A stretch of DNA of 50,544 nucleotides from a virus (Duplodnaviria > Caudoviricetes). Position numbers and translations under genes: made by a program. Each line of letters opens with the position of its first letter. Position 1 is the first letter of the stretch. The notes under the pieces were generated by a model. That model was not told the DNA's origin. It saw only the letters and a program-made list of their open reading frames with translations, and ran no database searches. The stretch is from IMG/VR virus record IMGVR_UViG_3300031786_000007, positions 1 to 50,544 of that record; one strand, 5' to 3'. Positions 38,730 through 46,822 of the stretch are shown here, one piece after another.

Positions 38730-39938
38730 ATGAAGTTTAAAGATTGGAAACTCATGATCAGAGAAAGCACATCTGTTGATATGCTGTCATCTTTGGCTAA
38801 AATGATGAAACCTGAACTTGAAAAATCTCTTGGTAAACTATATGTTATACCAGATTTTGACACTTTTGAAAGAGAAGGTGAACCTATTCAACAATCTAAT
38901 CTTTTTACTAATAAAGATCTTAATACATTTGCTATTAATTACGCCGACAATGGTAAGTTATATAGCATAGATTTCTGGAAACCTACTGATAAAGTTAGTA
39001 AACCTACAGTTACTATGTATTATCATGGAGGTAGCGTAAAACAACTTCTTAAGATAATTCCTTTATTAGCTAAAAAACCTGATCCAAATTTTGATATTCA
39101 ATCAGTTCTTGATCAAGAACCTGAATTAATAGAAGCTGAAAATTCTAATATAGACGTTACTATATCCTCTGCAAAACCGATTAAGAGTAATGATCCTGCA
39201 GTAAAAAGTGCAGAAAAGAAAATAGATGATTATGATTACGGCGATCCTGATACCATATTTGAAGACCTTAAAACTTACATCAAAATGGTTATCTCTGGAA
39301 AACAGCCTTCTTTACTTATTACGGGATCTCCGGGTGTAGGAAAAACATATTTAGTAACAGAGCAATTAAAGAAATCTGGAGCAGACTATGTTCATATAAA
39401 AGGTAGAAGTACAGCAGCTGGTATGTATACATCTTTATGGGAAAATAATGGAAAAATTGTTCTTTTCGATGACTGTGATAGTGTTTTCGGTTCAGATGAC
39501 GCTGTCAATGTATTAAAAGGTGCTCTAGATTCTTATGGCGAAAGAAGCATTTCTTGGTTAGCAGGAAGACCTCTTAAAACATCTAATAATGAAAAAGTTC
39601 CAAATACTTTCGTATTTACGGGTAGAGTTATTTTTATAAGCAATTTACCTCAAAGAAAGATTGATGATGCTATCAAATCTAGAAGTTTTGTTATAGAAGT
39701 AGCTTTAACACCTGAAGATATGATAGCTAAAATGAGAAAAGAACTTCCTAACGTATTACCTGAAACTGCTAATTACTTAAAGAAGACCGCTCTAAATTTT
39801 ATAGAGCGTACGGCTAGTAAAACAGACTCTTTAGAGTTAAACATGAGAACTTTGATAAAAGCTATAAAAATTATCGAAGAAGTTGATGATTTATCAGTAG
39901 CTGAGAGGTTAATTATGCAACAATGTAGTTATAAATAA
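38730..39938 (+). CDS. AAA+ ATPase with capsid-targeting-like N-terminus
   Basis: LLITGSPGVGKT, VLFDDCD, VIFISN, AIKSR; start MKFKDWKLMIRES. Confidence 0.85.
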   Translation: MKFKDWKLMIRESTSVDMLSSLAKMMKPELEKSLGKLYVIPDFDTFEREGEPIQQSNLFTNKDLNTFAINYADNGKLYSIDFWKPTDKVSKPTVTMYYHGGSVKQLLKIIPLLAKKPDPNFDIQSVLDQEPELIEAENSNIDVTISSAKPIKSNDPAVKSAEKKIDDYDYGDPDTIFEDLKTYIKMVISGKQPSLLITGSPGVGKTYLVTEQLKKSGADYVHIKGRSTAAGMYTSLWENNGKIVLFDDCDSVFGSDDAVNVLKGALDSYGERSISWLAGRPLKTSNNEKVPNTFVFTGRVIFISNLPQRKIDDAIKSRSFVIEVALTPEDMIAKMRKELPNVLPETANYLKKTALNFIERTASKTDSLELNMRTLIKAIKIIEEVDDLSVAERLIMQQCSYK

Positions 39939-39947
39939 AAGATCATA

Positions 39948-41438
39948 ATGAAATTTGAAGATTTTAAAAAGTACAAAAAAATAGCTGAATCTCAAGATTT
40001 TGAGGCTCTTCAAGAATTCCCTGAAGCGGAAAAAGTGTACAATTGGATGGAAGAAACCGGAAGAATAGATGAAGGATTCTGGGGAGCTATATGGAGTTGG
40101 TTAAAAAAGAATCTTTCTCCTACTGCTAGAAAGATACACAGTTTAGCCAACGAATACGAGAAAGAATTAGAATCAGAAATGCAAGCCGAATACGGTAAAT
40201 TGAAAAATTCTAAAGATTTAGATGCTAAATTCAGAAGGAGTTTTGCAGGTCGTGTTGCTGAAGATATAGAAGAAAAAATGCAAATCGTAGCAGGTGACGA
40301 TGATGACTATAGAGAATTAGTAAAAACTCTTGTGAATAAAAAGAATTTAGCTGTTAAGAAAAGACTTTTAAAAGAGCTTATAGGTAAAGCCGATCCTGAT
40401 GATGAAGAAGTGTTCAATGGAACTAGAGATTGGTTAGCTGGGCAAGAAGCTGAAGCGGAAAAAAGCTACAAATCTGCGTTAGATAAAACTATGCATCAGA
40501 ATCCTAACGCTTTTAAAGAATCTACAGAAATTCTAAGAAAAAAAATCACTGGAAACAAAGATTTCATAGAAATGGGATATGATACTAGCGAAAAAGTACA
40601 GAAAATAGTACAGAAATTGCTAGTTTATCAAAATGGATTATCTGATCAAGGAAAAGCTGATTTTACAGTAAAAGCTATAGAAACTACATTGAAAAATTTC
40701 AAAGAGTTTATTATATCTGGAGCTAAAAAATTAGAAAGTAGTAAAGTTTCGTATAAACAAGCTTTAGCTGCTATAGTTGAAGCTACAGAAAAAAGATTAG
40801 TTAGTAATAAACCTGTAGTTTTTAGCAAGATGCAATCAGAAGTTTTTAGAGAAGCTGAAAATAAAATTAAAGCTTCGACAACTTCCACAAAACCTGAAGC
40901 TACTTCTACAGATGTCGAAAAAGAAGTCGAAAAGGAAGTTACAGGCCCTTTAACTGGAGAAATAATAGAACCTGAAGAAGTTGAAAAAACTATTCATAAA
41001 GCAGCTACTGAAACTGGTTCAAAAAAGCCTTCTGAGGAAGAAATTATAGATGAACTCAATGATGCAGTTAAAACTTATTTTGAAAACAACTTGAAATTCT
41101 TTGTCGAAGAAATTACTAAAAGAGTAGAAAGTTTTAATAAATTATCAGAAACAGAAAGGAATGCACAAAAAGGTGAATTTGACTATATCTTAAATGCTGA
41201 TAATAAACTAGAAACACCTGAAGAAGAAAATGTAAAAGCTTTATATAAAAATCTACTTCAAGTTGCAGGAAAAATAGTCCCTTTCTATAATCTAGAAAAA
41301 GGTAAAAGATCTAAAGCATTTTATATAGTACTAGATTTTATGTTTGAAATATATGCTATTAAGAAGAATTCTTCTGGAGATCTATCAAGCAAAGACATAG
41401 AAACTTTAGTAGAAAATATAAAAGAGAAATACGACTAG
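39948..41438 (+). CDS. large helical protein, probable internal head protein
   Basis: MKFEDFKKYKKIAES; RIDE-GFWGAIWSWLKK. Confidence 0.7.
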   Translation: MKFEDFKKYKKIAESQDFEALQEFPEAEKVYNWMEETGRIDEGFWGAIWSWLKKNLSPTARKIHSLANEYEKELESEMQAEYGKLKNSKDLDAKFRRSFAGRVAEDIEEKMQIVAGDDDDYRELVKTLVNKKNLAVKKRLLKELIGKADPDDEEVFNGTRDWLAGQEAEAEKSYKSALDKTMHQNPNAFKESTEILRKKITGNKDFIEMGYDTSEKVQKIVQKLLVYQNGLSDQGKADFTVKAIETTLKNFKEFIISGAKKLESSKVSYKQALAAIVEATEKRLVSNKPVVFSKMQSEVFREAENKIKASTTSTKPEATSTDVEKEVEKEVTGPLTGEIIEPEEVEKTIHKAATETGSKKPSEEEIIDELNDAVKTYFENNLKFFVEEITKRVESFNKLSETERNAQKGEFDYILNADNKLETPEEENVKALYKNLLQVAGKIVPFYNLEKGKRSKAFYIVLDFMFEIYAIKKNSSGDLSSKDIETLVENIKEKYD

Positions 41439-41439
41439 G

Positions 41440-42000
41440 ATGGTTACATTTGATGAGTTCAAGAACGGACAAGGAGCTGACACAATGAATGAAGGATTAT
41501 TTGATAAATTAATTGGAATGTTCTCCAGAATCACTGGTTTATTCAAAGACCCTGCTAAACTTGACAAAAGTATAGAAAGCACTATGGATCAGCTGGGCGA
41601 AGGGAAGACTAAAAAATTTATTCCTAAACAAGCTAAACCTAACGAATCCTTCATAGTTCAAATGGGAGATCCTAAAAAGCCAGAGTCTAGATATACAATG
41701 GCTTTAACAAAATTAGCAGATTTACCAGATGGCTCAGGATTATTTCAAATAACGGGAACTACTAGTAAAGAAATGTTAAAAGCTCTGACAGGATCAGAAA
41801 AATTAGAAGATCTTGGAAAAAATAGCATAATGGCTATGATGCCAGTAGGAGGTATAGAAAAGGGCAAAGTTATTACTATGAAATTACTAAAAAATGTCAT
41901 TCCTGGTGGAAAAGATTACATAACAAAAGTTCCAGTTATAGGCACAGTGCCAAGTAAAGACGTGGAAATGAATATTACTAAAACTAAATCAGTTAAATAA
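41440..42000 (+). CDS. probable internal head protein
   Basis: MVTFDEF...MNE-GLFDKLIGMF. Confidence 0.7.
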   Translation: MVTFDEFKNGQGADTMNEGLFDKLIGMFSRITGLFKDPAKLDKSIESTMDQLGEGKTKKFIPKQAKPNESFIVQMGDPKKPESRYTMALTKLADLPDGSGLFQITGTTSKEMLKALTGSEKLEDLGKNSIMAMMPVGGIEKGKVITMKLLKNVIPGGKDYITKVPVIGTVPSKDVEMNITKTKSVK

Positions 42001-42359
42001 TGAGCCATATTTTTACATTTAACGAATTCTTAAACGAAAACTCTGAAGAAACTAATCGAATTAATTGGTCTGAAATGGAGTTTGAAACTCCAGGTGAAAA
42101 AGCTGTTCATGATATAGCTGAAGAAACTTTGATCAGAAAAGATTTAATCATCATTTGCGAAGGAGATTATCTATACACTAAACTTGAACAGATCATTTCT
42201 TCTAATATAAGAAAACCGATTTTAGAAATTTCTGGAGTTAGACTTTATCTTTATAATTCTCCTTTTGAATTTATAAAATGGGATACTATTGGAGCATCAC
42301 CAGACGAAGTTATAGAAACTTGTTACATTTTATCAGGAGAAAATTTGAAAAAAATCTAA
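42000..42359 (+). CDS. probable internal head protein
   Basis: MSHIFTFNEFLNE start; TAATG coupling. Confidence 0.7.
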   Translation: MSHIFTFNEFLNENSEETNRINWSEMEFETPGEKAVHDIAEETLIRKDLIIICEGDYLYTKLEQIISSNIRKPILEISGVRLYLYNSPFEFIKWDTIGASPDEVIETCYILSGENLKKI

Positions 42360-42366
42360 TTTGGCA

Positions 42367-42393
42367 GAACTTTCGCTCCAAAGTTGAATATAA
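42367..42393 (+). promoter_or_regulatory. putative ECF-type promoter GAACT-N17-TATAA
   Basis: recurrent motif, here followed by non-coding structured sequence. Confidence 0.45.
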
Positions 42394-42464
42394 CCAATAT
42401 CAAGTTGTTGGAGTGGAAAAAGACTGGTAAGCTTAGATATAGGCAGCTAAACGAAACTAACGGC

Positions 42465-42496
42465 ATCTCGAGACAAAGATCTCGAGATTGTTTTTG
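42465..42496 (+). terminator. probable intrinsic terminator
   Basis: ATCTCGAGA-CAAAGA-TCTCGAGAT-TGTTTTT. Confidence 0.65.
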
Positions 42497-42522
42497 TAAA
42501 GACTTATTTGTTACATTTTATT

Positions 42523-42729
42523 ATGGAATTTGAAATTATAGCAATCACATTATTGTACGTATATGGGATACTCGGATCTTTATCTTTTATGAAAAATATT
42601 TGGAAGAACGGTATAGCTAAAAATTATACGTTACATTTAACAATATGTTTCATTCCAGTGTTGAATACTCTTATAGCTCTCACTAATAATTACATAGATT
42701 ACATAACTGCAAAAATGAAAAGAAAATGA
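42523..42729 (+). CDS. small two-TM membrane protein
   Basis: start moved to ATG 42523; two hydrophobic segments, FIPVLN. Confidence 0.6.
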   Translation: MEFEIIAITLLYVYGILGSLSFMKNIWKNGIAKNYTLHLTICFIPVLNTLIALTNNYIDYITAKMKRK

Positions 42730-44081
42730 AAAATAATGTAGGAATACTTATATTTGGAGATCCAACCAGAGGAGGTACAATTGCATCAGAAGTTAAATTC
42801 TTGAAAAGTTTATACGAATCAAATAATCATGATTCCGATTTTTATATCGTCACTGTTAACGATTCAGTTACAAAGAAAATAATCAAAGAAAAGGAAACTA
42901 CTTATGATTTTCCGCATGAAATTGTTCAAATTTTTGGAGAAAGTGATCTTTATAAATTAGATCATTTTTCATGTTTAGTAACTTATCCTGGACATTCAAA
43001 CTTTTTTGGAGGTTACTTAAATGATAATATTGTTAAAATGTACAAAATTATCTCTAAGTTCACAAATGATTTAAAAAGACCTGTGTTTGTCAGAATTAAT
43101 GATTCTGAAATTAAAGTTAGAGATTACAGAAGATTATCGAAACAGAGATTAGACGCTGGTTATTTAGCAAGAGAAGAAGGTAAACCTGATTCAGCATTTA
43201 TGAGAGATCCTATCAATGTAGGTAAAGCTGAAGATATAGTATCTTGGAAAGAATGGGATTACTCATTAGTTTATTGGTTTGCTAACGGATCTAAAGAAGC
43301 TTGTGATTGGGTTTCTGAAACTATGTACGATAGAGAAGATGAATACTTTAGAATGACAACTCCTGAACAATTCAGAGAGAATACAATTTATGTTTCCGAT
43401 GATATTTTCTTTTTAGTTAAGAAAAATTACCAGCGTTTTAACAAACGATACTCTGAACAAGTAGGGTTGGAAAATAAATTTTGCTATATTGGATTTTTTG
43501 ATACAGTCAATGTAGCAAGAGCAAAAGCTTTTAATAATTTATTCAAAGAAAATGTTCATAAAGTTCCGTTAAAAATATTTGGAAAGGGAACTGAAATTCT
43601 TACAAAATTCAAAGATAAGACAAATGTAGATATCGAAGAAGGTTTTATTAAAGGAGACTCTGAAGAATACTTTGATTTTTTAAATAAACATTTAGCTTAC
43701 GTGTTCATAGGCAAAGGTCAAAGTGAATCAAGATATATTGGTAAAACTGTATATGATGCAATCGTAGCAAGAACTCCTATAGTTGTTTACAAGAAATGTG
43801 ATTCTAAAATGATTACATTCAAAAACCCTGAATTCTATTTTGAAAATGAAGAAGAGCTTAAAGCTATTTTTGATAAACTTCAGGATAGTGAAACAAGAGA
43901 TCGATGGATTAGTGAACAATATAATGATATTATGAGTAAACTTCCACCTTCTACTTTTAAGTTTACTAATTACTGTAATATTTTGGGTTCTCTTCCAGAA
44001 GAATTACATTTTAAAGGATATCCTCAAAAAGAAGTTAAACCTAAGAAAGCTCAAACTATTAAAACTGTAGAACTTTTTTAA
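42726..44081 (+). CDS. DNA glycosyltransferase, T4 beta-glucosyltransferase (BGT)-like GT-B
   Basis: TIASEVKFL, SNFFGG, VRINDSE, CYIGFF, AYVFIG, FYFENEEEL align with recalled T4 BGT PSSETIYL, INFFGG, LFTDIR, IYGGSF, ALIIG, FYVNNRAEL. Confidence 0.75.
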   Translation: MKNNVGILIFGDPTRGGTIASEVKFLKSLYESNNHDSDFYIVTVNDSVTKKIIKEKETTYDFPHEIVQIFGESDLYKLDHFSCLVTYPGHSNFFGGYLNDNIVKMYKIISKFTNDLKRPVFVRINDSEIKVRDYRRLSKQRLDAGYLAREEGKPDSAFMRDPINVGKAEDIVSWKEWDYSLVYWFANGSKEACDWVSETMYDREDEYFRMTTPEQFRENTIYVSDDIFFLVKKNYQRFNKRYSEQVGLENKFCYIGFFDTVNVARAKAFNNLFKENVHKVPLKIFGKGTEILTKFKDKTNVDIEEGFIKGDSEEYFDFLNKHLAYVFIGKGQSESRYIGKTVYDAIVARTPIVVYKKCDSKMITFKNPEFYFENEEELKAIFDKLQDSETRDRWISEQYNDIMSKLPPSTFKFTNYCNILGSLPEELHFKGYPQKEVKPKKAQTIKTVELF

Positions 44082-44082
44082 T

Positions 44083-44268
44083 ATGAACTACACAAAGGAA
44101 GAAATAGAATCTAGATTAAAAGAACTATTATATGATCTTTTAAGATCTGGTAATCAAGAAGGGTCTATCCTTTCATTGAACTATAATGAAAAGAAACAAG
44201 AATGCAATGTCACTTTAACAGTTAATATAATTGAAGAAGACGATTACATAGGATTTGATGGATACTAA
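44083..44268 (+). CDS. hypothetical protein
   Basis: 61-aa ORF in tightly packed operon. Confidence 0.55.
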   Translation: MNYTKEEIESRLKELLYDLLRSGNQEGSILSLNYNEKKQECNVTLTVNIIEEDDYIGFDGY

Positions 44269-44482
44269 AATAAGAAAAAAAATGGGAATAGTCAAAACAT
44301 TCAGAGAAGTAGAATATAATGGTAAGATATTTGAAGCTAAAGACAATATGGTTGTAGAAACAAGGACTGGAAAAAATTCTGTTAGTTTAACAGCTCCAAT
44401 AGATTTCGTAGATGGAATGTTAAAAGATTACGTCAATGAAAATGTTAAAGTTACTATATCCGTTCAAATAGAAAAAATATGA
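44255..44482 (+). CDS. hypothetical protein
   Basis: 75-aa ORF overlapping neighbours (ATG 44258 likely start). Confidence 0.55.
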   Translation: MMDTKIRKKMGIVKTFREVEYNGKIFEAKDNMVVETRTGKNSVSLTAPIDFVDGMLKDYVNENVKVTISVQIEKI

Positions 44483-44889
44483 TAAAAAGATTAGCAGAAA
44501 TCAATGCATCTGGTGACAGTATTACTACTGAAGAATTCTTAGAAAGAAAGGCTATTGTAGATTCTTTACATAAAGAAGGAATTATCGAACTGGGTGTAGG
44601 AGGAAATTTCTTATTCACTAGTGCAAAAAGCCAAGAAGAGTACGTAGAAGCTTTTGATAAGAAAAAAATGGATATTTCTAGAGAAGCTACGATGAAGATG
44701 GAAGGGATTTATTTTCTAGTAAAATGGCCTGAATCTCAACTTTTGATGGATGAGGATTGGTTTGATAAAGAATGCCATTTAGCTGAAATGGAAAAAGATC
44801 CTGAAATTGGAAACTCAGCTTATTTCATCCCAGTTAAGAGGATGATTATTCTAGAAGAAAAATTAAATGCTATAGCTAATGAAGGTTAA
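44479..44889 (+). CDS. hypothetical protein
   Basis: 136-aa ORF, YFLVKWPESQ.LM..WF motif; function unknown. Confidence 0.65.
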   Translation: MIKRLAEINASGDSITTEEFLERKAIVDSLHKEGIIELGVGGNFLFTSAKSQEEYVEAFDKKKMDISREATMKMEGIYFLVKWPESQLLMDEDWFDKECHLAEMEKDPEIGNSAYFIPVKRMIILEEKLNAIANEG

Positions 44890-46069
44890 TGTTATACAAT
44901 TTGACCCTGTGATAGGCGGGGAAACTACTCTTACTAATGCTTTAGTAGCTATCTTGAAAAAAGCACATGATGTTAGGATTATTCATCCTGTTCATGCTGG
45001 AAAATCGGGAAAACTGAAAATTAACAAAGCTTGGGGTAAAGTTGAAGGTGAAGAATTTCTCACTTATTCTCAAACCGCAGAAGCTTGTGAAGATGTAGAT
45101 TTTATTTTCTGTGTTAACGCTAAACACGTTAAAGGATCTGTGAAATCTGACAAAAGAGAACAGGCTCAAGCAGATTCAGATGCGTTCTTTGGCCAATTTC
45201 ACGATAAAGATTTTATCTTCTATGAGCATGGATTTCATACATGGAGGCTTTATAATTACGAGAATCTATTTGAAAAGTTGATGAAAAATGATAACACTAT
45301 CAGAGTTCTGACTAACACTAATATGGCTATCGAGTTTTACAAAACCAAGAATTATAATGCATATTTGTGTCGTCAACCTTTCAACACTGATCTTTATAAG
45401 CCACTTAAAGAGAAAAAAACTTTTACGGATTTTGATCCATACAATATGGCTCACCAATACGTCGGGGAAGCTCCTGTTAAAATCTGTTTTAATTCTAGGT
45501 ATAGTTCTACAAAAGGACCTCATGTGATCATAAAAGATTTTATGCAATTCTTTAATAAAGATTTGAATTTCAAATTGCAATTCAGAGGTAACATTAGTGA
45601 TCCAGTTTCAGTGTGGCATAATATCGATGGAGTTCTTTTGAAAGATGTAGTTAGATCTAAAAAAGAGATAGTTTTCTTGGATTTTGCCGATGATATATCT
45701 GACATCTATCAAGATCAAGATTACTGTGTCTATGCAGGGTATTTAACAAGAGAAGAAAGAGGAAAAATAGAGTATGCTGTTCTAGAACCTATCTTTTACG
45801 GTATCCCTTTGATTGTTCATCCTGATGTTTTTGCTTATTTTAAATACGAAGAGTATGGTGTATCAGAAGAACAATTGAGAAAATGTTTCATAGAATTAAC
45901 TCCTGAAAACATACAGAAAATTATAAATAGGGAATTTGATCCTTCTGAATATATTAGAAATGCTAAAATAATTCTAGAAGATTTCTTGCCTGAAAAAATC
46001 TTGGAAAGATTTGACGCATGTTCATCTTCTCCTGCTTCTAAAGGTCGTAAAAAAGTTGAATTATTTTAG
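44879..46069 (+). CDS. DNA glycosyltransferase, T4 alpha-glucosyltransferase (AGT)-like GT-B
   Basis: IGGETT, FIFYEHG, RQPFN, SRYSSTKG, KIEYAVLE..YG align with recalled T4 AGT GCGVTK, VVYQHD, FQPPM, GRTTTWKG, SLEYTHLE..CG. Confidence 0.7.
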   Translation: MKVNVIQFDPVIGGETTLTNALVAILKKAHDVRIIHPVHAGKSGKLKINKAWGKVEGEEFLTYSQTAEACEDVDFIFCVNAKHVKGSVKSDKREQAQADSDAFFGQFHDKDFIFYEHGFHTWRLYNYENLFEKLMKNDNTIRVLTNTNMAIEFYKTKNYNAYLCRQPFNTDLYKPLKEKKTFTDFDPYNMAHQYVGEAPVKICFNSRYSSTKGPHVIIKDFMQFFNKDLNFKLQFRGNISDPVSVWHNIDGVLLKDVVRSKKEIVFLDFADDISDIYQDQDYCVYAGYLTREERGKIEYAVLEPIFYGIPLIVHPDVFAYFKYEEYGVSEEQLRKCFIELTPENIQKIINREFDPSEYIRNAKIILEDFLPEKILERFDACSSSPASKGRKKVELF

Positions 46070-46071
46070 AC

Positions 46072-46269
46072 ATGGTTGAATTATTTGGATATTTTTCAAT
46101 GATCTTAGTTTTAGTTTCCATGCTAATGAAAGATATGTGGATGCTAAGATTACTTAATAGCATAGCTTGCGGATGTTTTGTAGTTTATGGGTATATGATA
46201 GGATCTTTTCCTATTATAGTAATGAATATTTTAGTCATTTTTATAAATGTGTATAAAATGAGGAAATAG
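46072..46269 (+). CDS. small 3-TM membrane protein (YgjV-like)
   Basis: GY.SMILVLVSMLMK..LRLLN..C..FVVYG..I...PII..N...IFINVY. Confidence 0.7.
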   Translation: MVELFGYFSMILVLVSMLMKDMWMLRLLNSIACGCFVVYGYMIGSFPIIVMNILVIFINVYKMRK

Positions 46270-46274
46270 ATACT

Positions 46275-46283
46275 GATATATAG
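46275..46283 (+). promoter_or_regulatory. putative late promoter GATATATAG
   Basis: recurrent motif 16 nt upstream of ATG 46300. Confidence 0.75.
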
Positions 46284-46299
46284 AAAAAATTCTATACAC

Positions 46300-46815
46300 A
46301 TGAAGTATTTTAAAACTTTTGAGTCTTTTACAGACGAGTCTTATAAATTTGTCTTAAATGACAAGAATTTTGATAATCAAATTCGACGTATAGAACTACC
46401 TATTGAAGGTAAAATTGCTCTAAGTATAGAAGTTCATAAAGATCGTGAAGAAGAAGCTAAAAAAGCATTTCTTGATAATGATACTACAAAGCCTGATATG
46501 TATCGTCTGAGATGCCAAAATTATCCCCCTGAAACAGGGATATATGGTAAATCAACATGGTTTGAGTTAGATGAAAACAGCAATTTCTATAATGATGCTA
46601 ATTCTTATCCAGGAGGATTTAATTTTCCTAATCCAAAAAAATATGATGAATTAGATATTTTCTATAGACTTCAAGAGTTCATGGAGAACCTACCGAGTCA
46701 ATATAGAGCAAATTGTAAAGAAGTATTATCTTGGCCTATCTTTTCAAGATGGTTTGAACACTGTAAAGAGAAATACAGAGTAAAAATTATTGGTAGAAAA
46801 TACGGTTTATCTTAA
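46300..46815 (+). CDS. probable capsid-packaged protein with C-terminal RKYGL
   Basis: MKYFKTFESFTDES start, GRKYGLS end; own promoter and terminator. Confidence 0.75.
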   Translation: MKYFKTFESFTDESYKFVLNDKNFDNQIRRIELPIEGKIALSIEVHKDREEEAKKAFLDNDTTKPDMYRLRCQNYPPETGIYGKSTWFELDENSNFYNDANSYPGGFNFPNPKKYDELDIFYRLQEFMENLPSQYRANCKEVLSWPIFSRWFEHCKEKYRVKIIGRKYGLS

Positions 46816-46822
46816 TTGATTT

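Noticed and set aside
42404-42465. tRNA or hammerhead ribozyme (TGG loop, CTGGTAAG, CGAAAC)
   Set aside because: No TPsiC arm or CCA, too short; hammerhead core CUGANGA is not intact and stems do not abut GAAA
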